Assembly (NCBI RefSeq): GCF_001194135.2
Contig: NC_068984.1
Location: 61,905,859 to 61,952,654, forward strand
Source of the DNA: Octopus bimaculoides
Taxonomy: Eukaryota
Length of the DNA: 46,796 nucleotides
Reading direction: 5' to 3'
Shown: positions 37,440 to 46,796 of the stretch, piece after piece
Layout: the number at the start of each line of letters is the position of its first letter
Position numbering within the stretch: position 1 is the first letter of the stretch
The notes under the pieces: generated by a model
Seen by the model: the letters and a program-made list of their open reading frames with translations, nothing else
Told to the model about the DNA's origin: nothing
Databases searched by the model: none
Made by a program: the position numbers and the translations under genes

Positions 37440-38250
37440 ATTTATTTACACAGCTCTATTTATTTTCTTGACCTCTTCAAGGTATTTTGTGCTGAAGGGG
37501 TTAGGTAGAAGAGAGAGTACAAGGAAGTTCAGCATGGTATGGTTTGCTTCTTCACATTCAAAGTTGGTCAACCCCTCTCAGCAAAGTAACTGTTCATCAT
37601 CCCGTCCTCGTTCTCAGGCGGTTGAGTATATTCCAACGAAACCATGCTCTTTCTGCTATCTAGGAGGAAATTCTGCATGAAGGGGATACCCATTTATGTT
37701 GATTAGAAGAGAATCGATTTCAAGTATTCCAATCCTGAGATTTCCCATAAAAGAGAAGTTCATCACTACAAGCTATTCTCATCTCAATTCGACTGACCAC
37801 TTTCCATCTGATATCGGCAGTGGTTATTCATAGGAGGAGGTGCAGGTAGTTTATGTTGGTAGCTCCCATGCAATTGGGAATCAGGTGGTAAGCGATATGC
37901 CACGCTTGATCAAACAAATTCCTTGGCATGAGCTAATCTCATTTGGACTGGACATGCTTTACAGAGGAATAGATCACAGCTAGAGCTGTAAGTACTGTTG
38001 CTCCCCATTTGGAGTTGATCAGCTCCCGAAGGATATCGTTTCGAAAAACAACTTCCAATATTTCGCTTTTGGGGAAGCGTGAAAAATCTAACGAGAACAG
38101 GTCGACTAAGCGAAAAGAGGGAATACAGGCAAAACGAAAGCATTAGTAGTCCTGAAGGTCTACCATTCGTCATATGTACTCTGAGGTGCAGCGTTGATAT
38201 GGGAGACTTTCACAATGTGTTATAACAACCAGATTCGACTACCCCATTTA
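37440..38250 (-). mobile_element. Old non-LTR retrotransposon 3' remnant (I-group, tentatively Ingi-like)
   Basis: Across frames: RNDILRELINSKWGATVLTALAVIYS / KACPVQMRLAHAK / IPNCMGATNINYLHLL..TTADIRWKVVSRIE / WNILNRLRT / ECEEANHTMLNFL..LLPNP. These match the post-RT motifs KWGA, ALAL.YS..EYA.PVW, LNRLRTG and a terminal CCHC. Many stops. Confidence 0.68.
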
Positions 38251-38742
38251 AACATCGATCTACACTTGCCAGATTTAACATATGTTTAACACACAAGGAG
38301 TGTGTGAACTGTACTGAAAATCACGTGCCGTACTAATGTATTAATTTAGGATCGACATTCACCATAAGACAATACCACAACTGTATGACATTCCATGATT
38401 ACGATCTATAACCACATTAAAGTAATGCATGTTCTTATCTGCAAATATTGGAGGTTAATCGTCCGTGAAATGTCCGAAGTATGTAAGCATATGCAAATAT
38501 TCGTCTTCCAAGATTTCAAAGAAAATATTTCAATATACATGGTGTTTGGTACAAACGTTCTACTCTGCTACCGAAGAGGGGAATTGATTCAACGTTTTAA
38601 ATGGGATGAAGTCGTTTTGAGCAGTGATCTAACAGTTGGTGAAAAATAGGCGTTAATCTAATATTTTAAAATTGAGGCAGCGATCATTGCAAAAGCAAAA
38701 GAGCGCTTAATTTTTGGTGAAATGCAAAGGCTATATTAATGT

Positions 38743-38973
38743 ATATTTCTTTATTGCCTACAAGGGGTTAAACAAGGAGGGGGACAAACAAGGACAGACA
38801 AAGGATTAAGTCGATTACATCGACTCCAGTTCGTAACTGGTACTTATTTAATCGTTCCCAAAAGGATGAGGAGCAAAGTCGACCTCGGCGGAATTTGAAC
38901 TCAGAATGTAGCGGAAGACGAAATACTGCTAAGCATTTCGCCCAGCGTGCTGATTCTGCCAGCTCGCCGCTTT
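38743..38973 (-). mobile_element. Near full-length tRNA-headed SINE (family 2)
   Basis: Minus strand reads aaagcggcgagctggcagaatc...gaaatgcttagcagtatttcgtc...ctgagttcaaattccgccgaggtcgactttgc...taagtaccagttac...ataaagaaata. Confidence 0.9.
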
Positions 38974-39446
38974 AATGTTAAAGGTTATGTTAATATTGTC
39001 TTTCATGTGCCCAATATAAGTTTGTATGGTTTCCTTAGGAAATTTACGTAGTTGTAAAACAAGGTTTCAGAGAGGTAAAAGAACAAATGAGACCTGCATG
39101 TTGCGCATTTACAATGCACCCGCTCATGCGTCACGTCATATATATAACATTTTCTTGCAGTACTTTCCGATCCTCGTTTTGTAAATCTCCTACAGAGCAG
39201 ATTTCTCATTATGAATACATTCTGGTCCCGAAATCGAGACTAAACGTAAAAGATCGCCGATTTTCACCATTAGAAGTGATCAAACGAGAGTAGTTAAAGA
39301 AAACAATAGGTGGAAAACAATAGAAAGGACTAGTTTGGAGACGACAAACCTCATTAATTTGTACTGTTAATGATCATTTCTGTTAGGGAAGTTGCGTGTA
39401 AGTATACATATATACGTACATGTATGTATGTATGTATGTATGTATG

Positions 39447-39892
39447 TTTGAAGAGGCCAGGATGACGCAAGCAGGACTCAAGAGATATTTAAGGAAAAAT
39501 GTAAAGATAGCGAAGGTGAATGACAAGGAACTTTTTGTGTGCTCAGTCTGGGACAGACCATGATTGTCTTTGCCTGGCCTCAGATCTCACCTGCAAACCC
39601 ATGGAAAACAAACTTCAACCAGCTATTCTGATTATATGTCTGTGCACACGTTTGAATATGTGTGCCAGAGAGCTTGCAAATCCAATGGGGGTCTTAAAAG
39701 ACATGTTAGGATCCACAATGAACAGAACTTACCTGCAGGTATTGGTAGTACAAATCAGAGGTGCAATCTGTGTGGGTGTTTTTTCAAAACATTGTCTGGT
39801 TTAAAAAGCCACATCAGACGCCATGAAAGGGCTAAGGTGTAGGTGCAGGATGTGGTCAAACTCTGTGTAAGGAGTAGACAACCACCATGCTT
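39447..39892 (+). mobile_element. RTE-type LINE 3' end encoding three C2H2 zinc fingers; (TATG)n on both sides
   Basis: Single frame 39447-39842 with one stop: FEEARMTQAGLKRYLRK...FVCSVWDRP*LSLPGLRSHLQTH...VCQRACKSNGGLKRHVRIH...CNLCGCFFKTLSGLKSHIRRH. It begins abruptly at a microsatellite and has a short 3' UTR and TATG tail. The RTE assignment is from the FE..R...R..RK...C..C....S..GL.SH.R.H pattern. Confidence 0.72.
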
Positions 39893-40443
39893 GTATGTAT
39901 GTATATATGTATGTATGTTTGTNNNNNNNNNNNNNNNNNNNNNNNNNNNNNNNNNNNNNNNNNNNNNNNNNNNNNNNNNNNNNNNNNNNNNNNNNNNNNN
40001 NNNNNNNNNNNNNNNNNNNNNNNNNNNNNNNNNNNNNNNNNNNNNNNNNNNNNNNNNNNNNNNNNNNNNNNNNNNNNNNNNNNNNNNNNNNNNNNNNNNN
40101 NNNNNNNNNNNNNNNNNNNNNNNNNNNNNNNNNNNNNNNNNNNNNNNNNNNNNNNNNNNNNNNNNNNNNNNNNNNNNNNNNNNNNNNNNNNNNNNNNNNN
40201 NNNNNNNNNNNNNNNNNNNNNNNNNNNNNNNNNNNNNNNNNNNNNNNNNNNNNNNNNNNNNNNNNNNNNNNNNNNNNNNNNNNNNNNNNNNNNNNNNNNN
40301 NNNNNNNNNNNNNNNNNNNNNNNNNNNNNNNNNNNNNNNNNNNNNNNNNNNNNNNNNNNNNNNNNNNNNNNNNNNNNNNNNNNNNNNNNNNNNNNNNNNN
40401 NNNNNNNNNNNNNNNNNNNNNNNNNNNNNNNNNNNNNNNNNNN

Positions 40444-40599
40444 TCTCTAAACGGATGGCGATATTTATGGCACACATAGAACAAAAAACCGGAGGGAAAA
40501 ACAAAAACAAACCTGCCTTTTGTTAATTGGATACGACGTTTCGCGGTTAAGAGAATGAAATTACTCTATTCCGCATCTTCAGCCCAATATTCTGATAAA
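40444..40599 (-). mobile_element. ~155-bp hammerhead-bearing repeat, copy 2
   Basis: Aligns with 21641-21795; its left end abuts gap 39923-40443. Confidence 0.7.
40526..40588 (-). ncRNA. Type I hammerhead ribozyme motif with intact core
   Basis: Minus strand reads AUUGGG-CUGAAGA-U-GCGG-aau-aGAGUA-auuuca-UUCUC-uuaa-CCGC-GAAA-CGUCGUA-UCCAAU. Stem I is AUUGGG/UCCAAU, stem II is GCGG/CCGC plus an inner hairpin, helix III is ACGUCGU (quasi-palindrome), and the predicted triplet GUA ends at 40532. Confidence 0.78.
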
Positions 40600-40989
40600 T
40601 TTGAAAGTGTCTCTAAAAAATTAACGGTAATTTTTGGCCATGCGACACCAAAAACCAACGAGAAGAAAGGCACTTACGAATTCATTGGTAGAGAAAAGTT
40701 ACATCAAAATATGTCAGACCTCAAGGTGGGTAGTAAGGCAGATATTCATCGTCAATTAACATTAATCTTTTAATTTTAAAATTACAAGTATATTTTTCTT
40801 ATGCTTAAATGATAGAAAAGTGCACGAGGAATTCAGAATCGTTAGTCGCATTGAACAAAAGTTATTAGAAAAAGAGTTATGAGGTAAAATGTTCTGAAAT
40901 GTAACGTCAGTAAGTGAGGAATTAAGAAGTAACGCCCCAAGCAATAAGAATAAAGAATATATTTCTAAAATTAATGTTTAGATTTTAGA

Positions 40990-41100
40990 GCTCCGAGGTG
41001 GCAGAACCGTTAGCGCCCCAGGCAAAATATTTAGTAGTCTTTCGTCTGTCTTTGTGTTCAAATTTTACCGAGGTCGACTTCGCTTTTATGCATTTCGGAT
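40990..41100 (+). mobile_element. SINE family 2, degraded 5' part
   Basis: gaggtggcagaaccgttagcgcc...gttcaaattttaccgaggtcgacttcgc. Confidence 0.7.
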
Positions 41101-41404
41101 CTATTCAATTTGGCGTACATATTATTTAATTATTTTTTTCTTTTTTAAACTAAACACTTTCAAACTTCCGATACTGGTAGAATGTGTCACATAGAACAGG
41201 CATTTCGCTTAACGTTTTGCATAATATTTTGTATTTTAGAAGTTATTTTGTTAGAAGTTACAGAGTGAAAATAGACAAGTTCGTGTTTGATAGGTGCCAA
41301 TGCATAAAACTCACAGCTTTTGATTTACTCTCTAACTTCTGCCGATGATATACATACATATTACAGATATGTGTAAAGAAATCCCATAACGAATCGAACC
41401 AATG

Positions 41405-41590
41405 AAAGAGCCACTACCTCGTCGCTCAATACGCTAAAAATAGCAGCCAAAGTATCCCCCTGCCTAAATCACACGTCCATTGTTCTTAATTTCCTAGACT
41501 ATCCCTAAAAAGACGGTTTTCCGAAGGCTTGAATGTCTGTGATAATAGGCTTGCAGTATCAGGGTTGATTTGAAGCTAAATAACAACAGT
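41405..41590 (+). mobile_element. Probable SINE 3' part (separate family)
   Basis: ccactacctcgtcgctcaatacgctaaaaatagcagccaaa...cagggttgatttgaagctaaataacaacag ending in an (AAC)-like tail. Recalled similarity only. Confidence 0.4.
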
Positions 41591-42799
41591 ATGGTAAATT
41601 TCTATATTAACTCCCACACGATTTTCAATAAAAAAAAAAAAAAAATGTGTTCTTTTTGCGTTGAATCAAATACCCTGACCTCCTAATGTGCTGCAAATCC
41701 CTTATTTTGGTTCGGAAGAAATGAGGTGGGAGATTCCCATCCCCAATCCCAGAATCATTGGACATTTCTTTTGTCGAATGAATTTCTGTGACCTCTTAAT
41801 ATTGCAAAATTAGGTTACTTAAGGTGAGCCTGGTAACTGATGGTTTTGGGGTCTTGTTGTTTGTAACTTTTGGTGNNNNNNNNNNATGGTTTTGGGGTCT
41901 TGTTGTTTGTAACTTTTGGTGAGTCATGGTGCAACCAACAACATGGTAAAAATCCCTGCCATTAATTTGGTGTGGGTGGGTAATATCAAATAATCCAATC
42001 AAAACATATATTTAAATTAGACGTGAAAAAAATTGAAATATTATCATCTCTTACATGGAAAATTGAAATATTATCTCTCAGTGTTCTATAAGGTAAAATA
42101 TTAAATTATTAATTGACACATTATTAATTATGTTATAACAGCAGTGCCTGGAAAAATCATGGATTACATGCGAAAATGCCAGCATGAAAAATAATCTTCT
42201 CAAGATTATAAACCTGGAAAAGTACAGGAAACGTTATTACACCTGTACAAGTATAGGACAAGCTATTACTTCTAGTAATGTAAAGAATAAGAAACTTTTG
42301 ACTTAAAATATTGTAGCTAAAATTAAAATGTGAATATCAAAACTTATTTCATTCTGCTTTACAAATAATACTATAATTATTTAAGTAGACTATGTCTAAT
42401 TTACTACCTTGAATACAGAAAATGTGACTAATTAGACAAACTTACAAATTAGCGGAACAGTTTTGTACAATAAATTAAAAAGATGAGAACTGTAAAGACT
42501 GATAAATTAGAAGAACTAGCATTCTTTGCTGCAATACTTTTAAGTAAAAAGTTTCTTATTTTTACGGTACCATAATAGCTTGTCCTATACTTTTATAGGT
42601 GTAATAACTTGTCCTGTACTTTTCCAGACTTATAATCTTAAGAATATTACTATCCATGGTCGCATTTTTCCATGTAATATATGTGTATCTGTGTGTGTGT
42701 TTGTGCGTGTGTATTTTAAATGCAATAAGCAAAAACACGAAAACAAATCACGGCAGGGACAAGTTTTAACAACTAATATATTACATTAATGCTTAAAAA

Positions 42800-43420
42800 G
42801 AGAGTTAACGTTTTGGACATTAGTCCAACTTCCCCAGAGAAACATACGAGGTGAGACAGTAAGAGAAATAATTGATTGAGAGACAAAGCGGTTTACAGGT
42901 TAGTAGCTAGGTGAGAATGTAATTTTATGGTGGACTTCAGAAGGACAGAGTGGTGGGGTACGTATACTTAGAGATAGTCGCATGGTTTTTTGTTCGGTTT
43001 ATTGCGGTATATGTATCTGTGTAGAAGTTTGAAAGTGCAGACGCATAATGGCGTGGCCTAGCAGGGGCGAGGTATTGATATGTGTATGTAATTGTATTGT
43101 GTGTAAAATTTCAGGGAAATGAGAAGATGAGAGTGGACGCAAGTGTGAGGTAAAACAGAAGGCAAAAATAATATGGAGGTTGTGATGCAAAGGTATGCGA
43201 TAGCATCAGTATAAGTCATTATTCTATGGAATGAATGTAAGCTCAAAAGAAAAAAAAGATGAAAAGGTGAGACTTCAGAAGGGGTAGAGAAGAAGAGAGG
43301 AGCTGGAGAAAAATATTTACAACGTGTGAATTGCTGAAGAAAATCTAGCACCGCGAAAGAAGAAAAGGTGTTAGTAGCATGAAGAAAGGCCAGGTTGTTG
43401 TGATAGGTGTGTATGTAAGT
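42800..43420 (-). mobile_element. Possible PLE ORF N-terminal fragment
   Basis: Pyrimidine-rich minus strand translating FTSHLRPLSSSH...AIMRLHFQTSTQIHI...TMRLSL...SEVHH, loosely like PLE N-terminal domains (SHL.FL..C; MR.TL). Weak. Confidence 0.33.
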
Positions 43421-43849
43421 GGTTGGCTGTAAAACGGTGTTATACGGAAAAAGTAATAGAAAAAAGGAAAAGGAGAAATGAAATAGGGAATAAGAGGAGC
43501 GAAATAAAATAAAAATACATGGGTGAAAAGAATGTGTTAAAAAATGTGTCTCTACGAAAATATTTTTATAGTGTATGAATTGAAATTAGAATTTCGATAT
43601 CAGTATCAGCTACGAGAATGACTATCACTGTAAATATTCTCAACAGCCAGCTTTACAGGACAGAAGCCATATATATTAAAACTGGTATAAGTAAATAATC
43701 ATCGAAGTGATTTCAATTAATGTCATGACAATGTACATCAGAAAATGTCACCATATATGGAATACATGTATTTATTCAAATTTATTTATGTATTCTTCAT
43801 ATTTATACAATTCTATAATTCTGTCTGTCAGTCTTTCTCTATTTCCTTG

Positions 43850-43883
<34 letters not shown>

Positions 43884-44989
43884 NNNNNNNNNNNNNNNNN
43901 NNNNNNNNNNNNNNNNNNNNNNNNNNNNNNNNNNNNNNNNNNNNNNNNNNNNNNNNNNNNNNNNNNNNNNNNNNNNNNNNNNNNNNNNNNNNNNNNNNNN
44001 NNNNNNNNNNNNNNNNNNNNNNNNNNNNNNNNNNNNNNNNNNNNNNNNNNNNNNNNNNNNNNNNNNNNNNNNNNNNNNNNNNNNNNNNNATACATCTGTA
44101 TATATAATCCAAATAGGAAGACAAAAATATATATTTTTTATATATATGTATTTATATATATGTATATATATAATCCAAATAAGAATACAAATATATATAT
44201 ATGTTTGTGTGTGTGTGTGTGTGTATGCGTGCGTGTGTGCGTGTGTGTGTGAAAGACTGGGAGAGAATTTATTAGTAAGTGACATTGTATATGCTTGACT
44301 GGATATTTAAGTTTGCTTTTTTTGTTTTCACCTGCACACATAACCACACCTACAAGCATACATACATACTGCCACATGTATATACTTAATATACATATCA
44401 GTAGATATGTACAGATCTACACACACACACACATACACATGTGTATGCGGTATTATACTTATATAAGATAATTGTGTCTTGTGATGTGTGTGCGCGCATG
44501 TGTGTATATATGCTTCAGCGTGTGCTTCAGTGTGTTATTATTCCAATTCTAATATTTCATATTCCAGTTTTCAATAAATAGAGAGAATAACATGTTTGTA
44601 AAAGAGAGATACAACACGGGAAAAGTTTTATCTGCAGAATACTTTCTCTCACTCACAATTATGTAACATGAGACATTAATTGGAGAAATCTTATTATGAT
44701 CCTTTCCTTGCTGGCGCCATTTGGCTTAAAATTTCAGAAAGTAGTATTTACCTTAGTGGGCTGATTCGGGTTTTGTCAAGATATATAATCATTCAAGGGT
44801 ATTTAGATAATTTTAGAATAAACTCTTAGACATGCCATGTGAAATGAGGAAAATTAATTCATGTCTCTGTGTAAGTATATATTCCAATAAATGCATTTCA
44901 TGATTTCCTGTAGTCAGCAAGTATATATCTTTCGGATAACTTTTCAATAAATAAGCTGATTTAAAAAAAAATTCTTTTTCCATATTCGC

Positions 44990-45117
<128 letters not shown>

Positions 45118-45126
45118 CAAATTGAG

Positions 45127-45285
45127 GCGGCGACGTAGTAGAATCATTATAGTCTGGATAAAACTGTTTAGTGGTGTTTCTTGTAGCTCTCTACGTTCTG
45201 AGTTCTTGTCTTCCCACTTGTCGGAGTCCATAAAAGAAGAAACAACTGAACTCATGCTTCGATGTAATCGACTTATAATTTTCCT
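45127..45285 (+). mobile_element. SINE family 2, degraded
   Basis: gaggcggcga...agaatc...tacgttctgagttc...cgatgtaatcgactta. Confidence 0.65.
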
Positions 45286-45289
45286 GAAT

Positions 45290-45409
45290 TTCTTCTTCTT
45301 CTTCTTCTTCTTCTTCTTCTTCATCTTCTTCTCCTCCTCCTCCCCATCCTCCTTCTTCTCCTTCTTCTTCTTTTCTTCTTCTCCTCCTCCTCCTCCTTCT
45401 TCTTCTTCT

Positions 45410-45452
<43 letters not shown>
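45290..45452. repeat. Compound (CTT)/(CTC)/(CTA)n microsatellite
   Basis: Directly visible. Confidence 0.95.
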
Positions 45453-45464
45453 GTTATTATTAAA

Positions 45465-45680
45465 GCAGTATACTGACAGACTCGTTAGCACGCAGAACAA
45501 AATGTTTAGTGCATTTCATCCATCTTTATTTTCTCGTTTCGGGTTACGTTGGCATCGACTTTGCCTTTCATCGCTTCGGGAACGGAAAAAAAGAAAAGGA
45601 CCAGTCGAGCATTGGTTTCAATGTAAACAACTTCCTGCTTACCCTTAGGAATGCTGGCTTTGAGCCAAAATAAAGAATCA
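45465..45680 (+). mobile_element. SINE family 2, degraded near full-length
   Basis: cagactcgttagcacgc...aaaatgtttagtgcatttc...tcgactttgcctttcatcgcttcggg...accagtcgagcattgg...tgctggctttgagccaaaa. Confidence 0.75.
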
Positions 45681-45774
45681 TCATCGTCATCATCACTATA
45701 GTTGTTGTTTGTAGCAACGTATGTGCAAGTGTCTGTATATATTTGAATTTGTACACCCGCATGTTTGCCAAAAA

Positions 45775-46110
45775 TTATACACACTTTTGTTTCTGTAATT
45801 TGCTAAAACAGAAGTTGAACAATTTTTCTGACATACTATGCAGAACCATGGCTAATTTGCAGAGAACATGCCAGGTCACTCGTCGGTGCGCTACACCCAT
45901 TTCTGCAGCTTGTTGAATGATCTCGTCAGTCACTAAGGGTGAAGGGTATACTGATGTCTCTTCGTGCTTCACGCATATCCAGCCATTTTCAAAATTCTCG
46001 ACCCACCCATATACACTTCCAAGTGGAAGAGCACTGTACCCATAATTCTATCTGTAAGCACAAGCATACTATCTTTTAGCATGCGACCATTGAAGACACT
46101 GCAGCCACGT
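45775..46110 (-). mobile_element. Mariner-family transposase N-terminal relic
   Basis: Minus strand reads YGYSALPLGSVYGWVENFENGWICVKHEETSVYPSPLVTDEIIQQAAEMGVAHRRVT, matching the mariner HTH YG..AL....VY.W...FK.G..SV.DE.R.GRPST..T.E.I...R.M...DRRVT. Truncated before WVP. Confidence 0.78.
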
Positions 46111-46796
46111 ATGTTTATATATATTCAAGAAGAACACAAAATGATTTAAAGGTTGACTACAGCTGTTTTAAAAGCATTCCATATTGATGGATAGCTAGAA
46201 CCTGAATGAAATTGAAACAACTGTAGTGCGTCTTTAAACCAAATCTGTGTCCGCGCCTGGAACATTCATATGTTGTATCTAGAACTAACATTGGTTGGCG
46301 TAGCTAAATATTGCTATGTGTATGTATATATGGACTTATGAATGTATGTGGTACATATACGTACGTGCTAAATTAGTTCCTTTCCTGGTGTCCTGAATGT
46401 TAAAATACTATGATTCCACCGAATCTTACCAAGGATAAGTTACGTGAGTATGTACACGCACATACGCACACAAACTACAGCATAACATTTTATTTATGGA
46501 AGCTTATATATGGAACCTCACGCGTATACACTTGTGAAGTAAAGGCAAGTTGAGAAGTACGTGAGTGTACGTATGACGCAAGATGTGAGAAGAACGAGGT
46601 GAGTAGTGGAGACATCGGTTTGAGCAAGTGGGGATCGAAGGCTCGTAATCGGGCGTATATTTGCGTGAATGGGCAAGTACATGTGTGTGTGGTTATAAAT
46701 AGAAATATGTGAGTGTTTATGGGTGTATACGGCCAGGCACCCTAAAACGATTCTTGATAAGGTGGATTGCCGACACACGCATACATGTATATATAT

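Noticed and set aside
39564-39842. Host C2H2 zinc-finger gene
   Set aside because: No TGEKP linkers, an upstream in-frame stop, an abrupt start at a microsatellite and a TATG tail all favour a retrotransposon 3' end.
41840-41921. 36-bp direct repeat around a 10-N gap
   Set aside because: Same artefact pattern as at 30.1 kb.

Overview
AT-rich, microsatellite-dense eukaryotic genomic DNA with 13 assembly gaps. The SINE and LINE repertoire looks like that of an octopus or other coleoid cephalopod; this is an inference from recalled repeat families, not a database hit. No host protein-coding gene can be supported: the provided ORFs are almost all microsatellite, gap or transposon read-through. 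The window is a layered set of mobile-element remnants. These include tRNA-headed SINEs of at least three families, Penelope-like element (PLE) fragments (RT, two GIY-YIG C-termini, putative 5' ends), a chain of R4/Dong-type LINE 3' ends stacked in (TAA)n tracts, an RTE-type 3' end with three C2H2 fingers in a (TATG)n tract, an I-group-like LINE remnant, Tc1 and mariner transposase relics, and a ~1.3-kb internally dimeric repeat present twice plus a tandem sub-array. The most notable signal is RNA-level. A PLE 3' end at 16554-17034 carries a tRNA-like Pol III head followed by an apparently intact minimal hammerhead ribozyme. A second hammerhead-bearing repeat occurs twice (21.7 kb and 40.5 kb) with a compensatory stem change. 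Several long imperfect inverted repeats are also present.
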